Assembly (NCBI RefSeq): GCF_009914755.1
Contig: NC_060928.1
Length of the DNA stretch: 64,000 bases
DNA from: the human T2T-CHM13v2.0 reference genome, Homo sapiens
Reading direction: 5' to 3' (one strand)
The number at the start of each line of letters is the position of its first letter. Position 1 is the stretch's first letter. Below are positions 52,000-64,000 of the stretch, piece by piece. The position numbers and the translations under genes were made by a program. The notes beneath the pieces were generated by a model, which saw only the letters and a list, made by a program, of their open reading frames with translations, was not told where the DNA came from and did not search any database.

Positions 52000-53760
52000 A
52001 AAGTCTCTAGCTTGTACTCCCATCCTGCCTATTGTGAAGGCTTTGTCCCTTCCCCTGGACCATGTCATTTCCCCTACCTTTTGAAGGTAACTTTGATTTC
52101 TGCTTCATTAAGAAAATCTAACTCATCAGGCTTTTAGCTTCCTCATTCTTCTCTTTTTCATCTTTTCTAAGCTGTCCTTTTATTAATCCTACCTCCTCTC
52201 CTTCTGTTTTCAGGAAAAAGTGGATCTGTCCTTTTGTCTGGGGGCAATCCTACCTTCCTCCCCTTGGTTGCCTTTGATTTACCTTCTCAATGATTTCCTT
52301 CACTCTTCCCAGTGCCCTCTTCCTCTCTGGCATATAAAGCCTCTTCTATTGACTCCAATCCCTACACGTATGCATTCACGACACTACTTTATCTTGATTT
52401 CAGGTGATCCTAATACTCTTTCCAGCTGCCTGAGTATTTTCCTCTTTCCTCCTCTTGTAAACGTTTTGAACCAGATGACTCCACTTTTTGTCTCCGCTTC
52501 TTACCTCCCACCTTCAACTTCTTGTGGTCTTACTCTGACATCACATGCTGTGGATGCTGCACTCATTCTTCTGTGTGTTTGGTCTCCAATGACCTGTGAT
52601 TGGCCATACACAGTTTTTTTTTTTTTCTTGCCTTCATATGTGATTATTGTATGCAACATTTGCTATTGTAGATTATCCCATGCTCTTGGAATCTTTTTCT
52701 CATCGAGTCCCATAATACAGCCTGTCCTTGTCCCTTTCTGTGTTGGACTGTTCCCTGTGTCCTTCATAAGCCCCTTCAACCATACCCAGAGGTGCTTTCT
52801 TATCTTATGTCCCTCAGAGAATTCACTTAGGGCTTTCTCTAATGATCCACTATTATGACAACATTACACCTAAGTCTCTACTTCTACCTTGAAATACCCT
52901 GCTGTGCCAAACTCCTAATTTCAGACTTGTCACTGGACATTTCCAAATTGATGACATGACAGCAGCTGAGGCAAAATGTGTGTAAAATGGAATTCATCAT
53001 CTGCCCTCTGAAGCCTGCTTCTTCCTCCTGAGTTCCCATTTCTGTTAATTATGTCACCAAGGGCTAAATCTTAGGGCCATCTTTGATCCCTTTCTCTCCT
53101 TGTCTCCTATCATCCAGTTAAGTCCTGTCACTTCCTCCATCACAGTGTGCCTTGGATGTGTCCTTTGCCCTCACACTGCCATGGTCCTGGTGCACTGCCT
53201 CTGACCTTGGCCTTCCTCATCTCTATCACTTGCTCCCTGACCTTCCTCTCTCCAGGCTCTCCTCTACCATCCATGCAGCACATTCTCTAGAAGAATTTCC
53301 CTGCATTTCCAGTTACAGAGTGACAGTTATTTTGTTCACCTTCTTTCCTGGCTCAGAAATTAGCAGTAGTTTCTTATTACTTCCGAAATCAGCTTCAAAC
53401 GTAGCTGCCTTCAGACTCTCTGCCTCTGGGCCCTGCCGCACATTTCTAGCCTGTTCTCCTCCTTAATGTCCCACAAGATTCTGCTCCACTCAAACTCAAA
53501 ATCCCTGAAATGCTCCTTGTTCTTTTTCACATCTTTTTTTTTGGTTTATGGCATTTCTTCCTCCTCTGACTCACTTTCTCTGTTCTCCATCCCCAACGCT
53601 TCAAAACTGCCTATTCTTCATAACCCAGTCCAAACGCTACTTAACTCAAGGGGCCAATTCAGGTGAGAGGAAGGAAGGAAGGAAGGAGATCCCTACAATG
53701 TCCTGACAGTTGTTCACTGACACTCTCAGCCATCCATGTACTGTGTGTCTCTCCATTGCT
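52000..53760 (+). mobile_element. Decayed L2 LINE
   Basis: Long CT-rich stretch with L2-like motifs (CACTGGACATTTCCAAATTGATG, AAAATGGAATTCATCATC, GCCATCTTTGATCCC). Confidence 0.6.
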
Positions 53761-53768
53761 CTTGTAAG

Positions 53769-53947
53769 CAGTGCTTCCAACCTCAGCTGCACAATAGAAT
53801 CACCTGGGAGCTTCTAAAAAGTACCAAAGCTCAGGCTCCACCCCAGACCAGTGAAATCAGAATATGTGGGGCCATGACCCAGTGATTCATATTTTTAAGG
53901 CTCATTGAGTGACTCCTCTGTGCAGCCAAGGATTAATGTCTACTACT
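53769..53947. mobile_element. MER5A DNA transposon
   Basis: CAGTGCTTCCAACCTCAGCTGCACAATAGAATCACCTGGGAGC...AAATCAGAAT. Confidence 0.8.
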
Positions 53948-54044
53948 ATGTGAATTTTTGTAGATTATTTTTAATGGCTCTGCGTTTTTTTCCTTTTTTC
54001 CAACTTTGGTTCTTGTGGGATTCTTTGTTTTTTAGCCTCTGTGA

Positions 54045-54365
<321 letters not shown>

Positions 54366-54631
54366 AGCACTGTTTTTTATACTCAGTGGAACTTCAAAGA
54401 AAAAAAGTGTTAAGATTTAAGAATGGAAAACAAATAAAAAGGGTTGATTTTTAGGGAAGGAATGCCAACTGGCTCAGTGGCTATCCCACACTGGAAATGT
54501 TAAGAGTCTCTTGTATGTTAAATAACTGACTTCAAGTATTTGGTGTAAACTATTTGTGTCCAAGCAGTTAATATGCGAATTAAGCATTTATTAACATTTG
54601 TCTCATGAAGCCTCACTTGCCCATGTAATAA

Positions 54632-54680
54632 TATTAGTTTGGTGCAAAAGTTAATTGTGGTTTTTGCCTTTAAAAGTAAT
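54632..54680. mobile_element. Half MADE1 (Hsmar1 MITE)
   Basis: TATTAGTTTGGTGCAAAAGTTAATTGTGGTTTTTGCC matches the Hsmar1 TIR. Confidence 0.75.
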
Positions 54681-55179
54681 TGTATGTAGCAATTAATATA
54701 ATGCTACATACAACTCAAATACCTTGGATGAGTACCTGTTCTACCTCTTGGGTTGTTCTCAAGATTAAACACACAAAACTTCTGGGAAAAAACAAAAGCT
54801 TTAAAAACCATGGTTAGATATTATTTTTAATGAAGCTGTATTTTTTTTTTTAAAGAAATGAATCTTAAAGAGCTCCTATTCAATGCATTCTCCCTTTCAG
54901 GAGCACCATTGAATACCTTAAGTCAAAAGGAAAACTTGTCTTGTGGTGGGCATATCTGCTTCTCTCCCTATGCTATATTTCTGATATCAGTTTGTGGATG
55001 TTGCAGAGTTTATTTTAGTCTAGGGGATGGGAATGAATTTAAATTCATTTCTACCTCAGGTGAGGCAGCCCCTTTCAGAAAAAAATAGGAAATAAAGAAG
55101 GAAGACTGCTGAGAAAATTCTCTTTTCAACTTACAAAAGCACAGAATGCCTCTTGGAGAGTGATTTAATGGCCTGGACT

Positions 55180-55370
55180 CTGTAGCTTATAGATTCATGT
55201 TCAAAATCTGGCTCAGTTGACCAGCTATGTTGATCTTGGACAAAGTGCTTGGCCTCGCTGTGCTTTGGTGTCCTCAGCTGTGCATAGAGAGTAACATTTA
55301 GGTCTCAATGTTGGGAGAATTGAGCCATAGGATATATGGAAGGTAGCTGACACTTAGTAGGACCTCACGG
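55180..55370 (+). mobile_element. MIR
   Basis: CAGCTATGTTGATCTTGGACAAAGTGCTT...TCCTCAGCTGT. Confidence 0.6.
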
Positions 55371-57502
55371 AGGTTCCCTTTTCCTTAAGGCACCATGGAT
55401 ATCAATGAGTCCTGTTTTTGTCGTGACCTTAGCAGGCTTCCTCTTAGTGTTTTTCAGGGCATGCATTTTACTGGTATGTTGGTAAACAGAAATATACAAT
55501 TTCACTTTGGGTCTGAGAGGTTTTCATTATTTTTTGAACCACAAAATGATTTTCTTTCTTTCCTCTTCTGTAAATTCATTGAATGTTGGAATTCCTTTGC
55601 AGTACCTTTGCCATAAATTCTACTCACTACATATAATTTAAATCAAGCAGGTATAACATAATTGCCCTCATTAGGAGAGTGTAGGACGGTATACTAACTT
55701 TGCTTCCAAGGAATTCACATTACCATTTGAAAAAATTTCGAAACTGATTTTCCCAGTTGCAGAAGTTTCTGGAAACTTGGATTGAAGAGTCTGCATACTT
55801 TGGTGGGCTTCTAGTTAATGTATTGCGTTGAACATAGATTTCTTGAACGAGTCACAGTAGTCTCTTATAAATCACAAAGAAAAGTTCATCCTCATTCTAG
55901 TTACAAGTCCTACGCCATGAATCAAATCTTAGCAAAGACCAGCTTAGAAATCTTGAAAAAGGCCTGACATTTTGTTAAAATGACAGGCAACTAGATTTCT
56001 CCTGCCCTCCCTCCTCACATTTCCTTTCCTTGTTCAACAACAGTACAATTTGTGTAGTGGTATTTTCAGTCTTCTTTTTCTATACTGAAAGTAATTTTTT
56101 AAGCATGAAACTGGGTACTTTGTTGCCCCCATACAGAAAGACTTTACAGGTTTAGCTGGAATAGAGTTGAAGAGCACATAAAGTTGATGTCAAGGCCTAC
56201 TTACATTGAAGTAAAATTAGATTTATGGATTGAAATGGGAAGCCTAATTTGTATGTGCCTCCTTCCTAAAAGCCAGCTATAATCTAGAGGGAAAACTATC
56301 TGAACCAGTCTGAGTGAACCCAACCCATTTCATCTTCTAAGACTGGTTTGTTCATTACTTAGGGGATAAAGGCAGAGACTAGCTCATGGGGATTAAGAAT
56401 GACAGAGTGGCCCTCCGACACTAAGCTATAAATGTATTAGCATATTTTAGTACCTTGCCCAGATAGCCTGGGTCTTTCAAAAAAATTGTTTTTTAAAGAA
56501 TGATAAGATACATTTTTCCTCCACCCCAATTTAAATTTTCTGAATTTCTATTCATGGATCAATATTTCCAATTCCTGGGTAACTCATCAATTTTTTTATT
56601 ATTGTTTCTTTCCTAGCTTCTTCTGTTTCAGAGCTATGTTTCCCAGTGGGCTGCCACATCTTTGGGTTTCCAGTACTTGGAATTTTGCTTTCCAGTTGCA
56701 GAGCTAAGAAGCCAATTCACATTCCATCGTTGTCCCAAAGTCTTTTTCCTATTTTGAATGCCCCATCTTGTCTGGATTTATCAAGGGGTAAGAAGCATGT
56801 ATTACTTTGGCCTGAAAAATTTCTTGCTGAGTCCCACTCCATTAGAAAACAATAATATTTGAAAGAAATCGGCCAGTCACAATTCCTAGGCCTGAACAGT
56901 TCAGACCATTTCAGAGAGAGTCTTTTTGTGATTGTTTCTCTTCACATAGTGACTGAAGCAATTCAGGCTTAAAACACACCCTGATCATTAGTTGTTATTA
57001 CAGATGGTAGGACGAGCAATTATGCTGAACTGAATTTTTCCCATCTTATCTATTTCAGGTAAAAGAGTCAGTGTAGAGCATGAGCTCTTAGACGAGGTTT
57101 TCCAATGTTCCAAGGTTTTCCAACCCAGATGAAGTTTCTATCTGAGCTCCTGGCAAATCTTGAAGTTTTCCCTGTAATCCTGATAGGTTTCACCACAATT
57201 CTGATACATATTCCTTGGTTTAATTGTGTGCCATAGTCATAGAATTTTGGAAGCAGAAAGAAGCTTAAGGGTATCTAGTTAAATACCCTCCTCCGTATTC
57301 TACAGATGAGAACATGGAGTTTGAATGGGATCTTAGAGAAAAATGAACTGGGGTATTTTTTTGTTTACTTTTCCTCCCAAGGAAATAATCCTTATCTCAG
57401 TATTTTCTAAATTAGACCAGCCACATTTTTTTTGCCTTGACATTCTCATTTCCATTTGGACAGAGTAGGTTAGCCAAAATTTAGTGAAATGATAGACAAT
57501 GA

Positions 57503-57831
<329 letters not shown>

Positions 57832-58084
57832 TAATTCAGATTCTTTAGCACAAGAATTTATCCTAAGTAAAGGCAAAAGGTAACGTTATTGGCAGTATTC
57901 AGACTGCCCTTGACTAGTGCTGTCTATGTCACGTTCCTGATTTATTTCTTGAAAAGCAGTCATTTGGTGTAAATATGCCCAACCTCTCACCACTGAAAAT
58001 GGCACCCCCATTTATTTTTGCTCCTTTTCTCTAAATAAATAAGTTTATCTATACAAGTGTACTACTTCCATGACAATATATTTT

Positions 58085-59140
<1,056 letters not shown>

Positions 59141-59324
59141 ATGATAATAATATCTTTAAGAAGAAAAAATGCATGTTATTGGTAATTCAGATAAAAAGAC
59201 TGGGAGCAAGGATTGTTAATAGGAGATTAACATTTGACTAGAGAAATCCAAGGAAAAGATTTAATTCTGTGTGGTTGTTATAGCTTTTGTGTATTGAAAA
59301 AAAGACATTAGAGGAAACAGGGAT

Positions 59325-59520
59325 GTGTGTATAATAATATATGCATACATGTACACACCTCATATATACAAATAAATGTACAATTATATATTGAAAACAT
59401 ATATATATATATACATATAAAATATATATATATTTTCTCTTCACTGCCTGGGATTCACATTTGGAATCCATACATATATCTGTATCTATATGCATATCTA
59501 CATATTAGATTTATATATTC
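59325..59520 (+). repeat. (TA)-rich low-complexity repeat
   Basis: Read directly from the sequence. Confidence 0.8.
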
Positions 59521-60099
59521 CCTACCTTCCAAAAAGTGACCTGAGGCAATAAAAGAGGAATTTAAATTTATCCATCGGTTCAGTCAGCACTAGCTGTATC
59601 CTAAGAATCATGCTCAGTTCATAGGATATACTAAATGAATATGACAGGCTAAATAACTTTTAGACAAGTAACCAAAAACATATTATAGCACACATGTCGC
59701 CTTAAACTTTATATTCTACTACTCGTGGACTGCAGAATCCTGAAGTAGATGGAGTCACCTTGATTTGTCCAGTTGCATTCAGCCCGCACAATGGATGCAT
59801 CAGGAAGTCTTACTGATTTTTGTTTTGAAATATAATTTCATTTTTATTACTGTAACCCTAGATTAGGCATTTGTTACTTTGTGCTTGTAATATTGCTTTG
59901 GTTGGCCTCAGAAGTCTAGTCTCTGTACTTCATTTTATTCCAAAGACACAACAAGACTAATCTTATAAAACAAAACCAAGCTTAGCTTTTATTGTTTCAT
60001 CCTTTTTGGTCAAAAATATTAATGACTCCCTTTTTCTTATTTCATAGTCTAAATGTTCTGCATGTTTAAAGTTCTCTGTCACCTTGCCTCTCCTTGCAT

Positions 60100-61900
60100 C
60101 CATTAGTCTATTCATTAATTCATTCAATATATATTTTTGGGTACCTACTTTGTGCCAAGCACTATGCCAGGGTTGAGACTATTTCATTGAACAAGGTCCC
60201 TGCCCTCACAGAACTCGCCATCTACTGGGGAGCCTGGAAGGTCAGTCGAGGAATAGACAAGGATGAGAGAAGGAAGCTCAGATCACAGTAGGAGTGAGCT
60301 TAGAGGATGGGTGTTATGACCTCCCTTGGGAGTTGAGGATGAGAGACTTCTTGGTGGAAGTGGCAGAATGTGAATCCCAGCAAATGAAGAGAAGAATAAC
60401 ATTATTCCTCTGTGTAGTAGAGGACTGGAGGTGAGAATGAGCCTGCTTACTTGCTAATGGGAGTGAGAAGTTAAGACAGTACAAGAAGGAGAGGAGAATG
60501 GTCAATCAGTAGGCAAGGTCCCTAAGAAGTGGGTGGCATGGAAGGAAGAGGGAGGGATGAAAGGATGGGGTGCTAATTTAATTGGGTTGGTGATGGGAAG
60601 TGAAGGCAGGTATTCTCTTTTTGTATGGCTCTTACTTTTTCTGTGAAGCAGAAGTTGAGGGCCTCAGCTTCAGCTGGGAGGTGGGGGTTAGAAGAAGGAG
60701 GCCCGAGGATAATGAGGATGTAGAATAGCTGCTGTGTTATGAGAGGAACAGCACTGTAGGGTGCTAGAGACTGACAACAGTGGTCCATGCTGTGCTGGTG
60801 AGCACGGGCTCTGAGGTAAGACATGCCTGGGCTCAGTCCCTGTGAGGCCCTATTCTGACACCATGTGTGTTAATGTGGGCAAGGATATAATGTCTCTGAT
60901 CATCAGTTTCTTCCAAGAATGGGGATAATGAGTACACTGAGTTGTTCCTGGGGTAGTTGTGAGCTTAGATAACACATGTAAAGCATTTAGTACAGTGTCT
61001 GGTAGGTAGTAAGCACTTAATAAATATTCTTCTTCTTCTTATTGTTGTTGTTGTCATTTTTATTGCTATTGTATTAACTTATGAGTTCAGTCCCTAGCAG
61101 TGCTAAGCAGCACAGATGTGGCATGCAGAAGGTAGAGAGTTTTTTGTACACAGAGCTGGGCTTTTCCAGGCCAGAGGTGATGGAAGGCCAGGTGGGCAAA
61201 TGAGTTGATGATATTGCAAGGAGAGTGGTCAGATGACAGAGTCCAAGCTGGATGTATAATATGACAGATGGGGCTGATTGATAGGTGTGTCAGGAGTAAT
61301 TCAGTGAGAGACCTAGGGCAGGAGATTGTGAGAAGACATCAGGAAGTTTGAATGGAATATTTCAGAGATGGAGTGATCATAGATAAGATATTTACTCTAC
61401 ATCAGTATGACTAACTACTCAAGATGATCAGACTTGATAAACTGTCTAGTAAAATCTTTCATTACCTCTGAACCCCTAAGGTGCAGTCATGTGAAGGAAC
61501 CGAGAGGCTAGGATGGAGTTTTGAGATTCCCACAGTGTGGGAGCATTTGCAGGTTGGGATGAAGACAGTAAGTGGGTTCTATCATGTTAAATGAAAGCGA
61601 GGAGTGACTGGGACATATGGCAGATAAAGATGAGGGGGATGAAGAAGAGTAGGGTTTTCCCAGAAAGTAGGAAGAGGAATGATCTGGAAGAAGTATTAGG
61701 GAATAAGAAAGATAGCTGCACCCTTGAAGGCTGTGGAAGAATATGAGGCCTCCACTTGGGAGTGGGAGCAAGTCCTCAACGACTCGCAGGATTCTCCTAA
61801 GGCAGGGAGGTCAAGGACAGAGAGCAGCTGTGGTCCCTAGGTGAAGATTGAGGGTATGGCGGAAGCTGAGTTAACGAAGAAGCGCAGCACACAGCAGTGG
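60100..61900 (-). mobile_element. L2 fragments with an embedded MIR (about 60830-61025)
   Basis: CATTCATTCAA...TACCTACTTTGTGCCAAGCACTATGC L2 tail, GA-rich body, MIR core CAGTTTCTTCC..ATGGGGATAATG. Confidence 0.55.
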
Positions 61901-63834
61901 GAGGGAAGAAGGGCCAGTGGGTGCTCCTCCAACTGGATTTCGCTTTCTTCTTTGGAGGTTTCTGTGTACAAATTAGTGGTGATTCAAGAGGTCAAAAAGC
62001 TGTGCTGAGGCAGGGGGTTCGCATTGTTTATTGTCATCTTCGTGTTCAACTGTAACAATATTTGTACTGTAAGAGATAAGATGATCTTATAAGAGCTTCT
62101 TAAAAGATAAGAAGCATTTGTCCTTAAATTCTAAATTATTAAAGTTGCATTTGGTTTGACATTTTTTTCATTTTAAAAAATTATTTTTGCTAATAATTAA
62201 TGAAGTTTTAGCTAAAATCTGCCAGAGGAGAGAAATTGATGTCAGCTCTTCTAGAAGTGCTTATGATGATTTTGTTTTGCATCTAAGCATTCCGTGTATT
62301 TTCATAGTTCATAAAAAAGAATTTTATTGGTTATTGCATGCATTCTCTATCAGATGAGAAAAATAAAAAGAGAGTGAATTAACAAACTTACTTGCTCACT
62401 TTAAATTTTTGAATAAAATCTTTTTCTTTTCTATATGCCTTATTCTCATGAAAGAAATCATAATCATTTTATTTTTTCTGTTTATCAATATGATACATGG
62501 TCAGTGTAGAACATTTTTAAAACATCTACAAGGTAGAACATAAAAGAATAAAGTATATACTCCTTCAGCTCCCACGACTCAAAGGGGAAAAACATTGCTA
62601 ACCCCTTTTAAAGAATGACCTATAAAAAAATGGTGGTGTGTAACTCAAATTATGGAGAAAGGTTAATGATACATGGTTTAAGGTTTCTCTGCGATTGAGT
62701 ATTATTGTCCTTTTTTTGGCCTTTAAAACTTGGTCTTTGCATCGTGTAAGTGCAGCAAAAGTGTGCATACTTCCCAGTGGAAATGAATCCACCAGGAGGC
62801 CTCTGTGGACTTGTTGCTAGTCCAGCCATGGGAGGGCATCTGTTTAAGCGTTGGACAACCTAATAGGAAGGTCTTTTTTATATGGCTTGTGCTTGTTAGA
62901 AAACATTTACTTGTGGTCAGATTTATGGTTAACAAAACAAAACAAAACAACCTAATGAATACCACTAGCTCAACATCCAGAATCTCTTAGTGTAGGGACT
63001 GTATTTGAGGAACCAATCTGGGACATTTCAGACTCAGAAGAATACTATTCAATACCTTATTTCTGCAGGGCACTAAACATTAGCAGGATTGAACATATTG
63101 GTTTCCTTTCATTGAAAAATGACTTGAATGTTTTCAAAGGATGTCTAACAAAAATCAAGAAGTCCAGTGACTGCTAGTGCTATTGGGACTGGGACATAAG
63201 AACCCTGCCCAATTCATGAGAGCCCCTCAGTGGCTGCTAGGAGACAGCTCTGGGAAATATATTCCTCAATGGGATTTGGTAGACTGGAGGTGTGCTATCT
63301 TATTTTGAACTGTGATCCCTTGGGACACTTGATCTCCCATGTCAATTTATGACAAAGTTATCTGTCTATGGGGCAGAAAGGAGATGATCAGAAAAGGTCG
63401 GAGGAGAGTATGGAATAGCTCTGTGGTCAGTTATTCCAAAGCTAGGCTACAGGTGGGTGAAGTAGTGGATGGCATGAACTGGGGACATGGGCAGGATGAA
63501 GATGAACTTACCTGGAATTATGCGTTCCATGGGCCTGCACAAATACCCCGATCCCCTTTTATAGATGTAGAAATCACCTGCTAAGATTCACCTACTTTCC
63601 TGGAGACACAGAACTGAATGGGGGAAGGAGCTTGGGTTTACATGTCAGGCAAGTATCATCCTAATGCTGGTCCTATAAACTACTCAATCTTAGAGGCAGG
63701 AGAGAGTCACTAGCACTCTCTTTTCCCTGAAAAATGAAAAGATCAAAAATATATGGCTGTTGCCACAGATTGGTCCCTGTGCAATGCTGCAACAGTCTCC
63801 TTGAAGCTTTTGTCCACGTTCCTAGCTGCAAAGG

Positions 63835-63930
63835 CCATGTATGTAAGTTCTGTGAGGGCAAGGTCATGTCTATTGGGTCCACAGGTGTATCTCCAGGGCC
63901 TGGCACAGTGCATGCTCAATAAATATTTCT
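63835..63930 (+). mobile_element. L2 3' end
   Basis: GTAAGTTCTGTGAGGGCAAGG...CCTGGCACAGTGCATGCTCAATAAATAT. Confidence 0.7.
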
Positions 63931-63949
63931 TGATAAAGAGAGTGAAGGT

Positions 63950-64000
63950 GGGAATAGTCAGAGTAATAGAGGTAGAAAGTAGAATAGTGGTTACCAGGGG
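63950..64000 (+). mobile_element. Start of an L1M 3' fragment running off the window
   Basis: ATAGAGGTAGAAAGTAGAATAGTGGTTACCAGGGG. Confidence 0.55.

Noticed and set aside
52220-52858. 212-aa hydrophobic ORF resembling a membrane protein
   Set aside because: GTG start within a CT-rich decayed L2; the Leu/Ser/Pro/Phe bias comes from base composition.
54680-54713. loxP-like recombination site
   Set aside because: Only the inverted-repeat geometry is similar; arm sequence and spacer length do not match loxP.

Overview
This is primate (very likely human) genomic DNA, not prokaryotic. The left end holds the 5' part of SFRP2 (secreted frizzled-related protein 2) on the minus strand: exon 1 (CDS 5348-4847) and exon 2 (2457-2377), both with canonical GT-AG sites; exon 3 lies beyond the left edge. 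The promoter sits in a CpG island, and a second CpG-rich block lies at about 6.8-9.75 kb. The remaining ~54 kb is gene-poor upstream sequence dominated by interspersed repeats: an ERV9/LTR12 solo LTR, MER57, MaLR LTRs, two L1PA insertions, older L1M/L2/MIR, about 11 Alus, MER5 and MADE1. I found no new protein-coding system. The most unusual structures are (i) an L1PA7-like insertion combining a twin-priming inversion with an apparent two-step 3' transduction inside a MER5, (ii) a templated-insertion repair scar at 33.8 kb, (iii) an L1 with no TSD that truncates a MaLR LTR, and (iv) a possible CRD-only SFRP2 product from intron-1 read-through. Repeat family names come from recalled consensus sequences, not from a database search.
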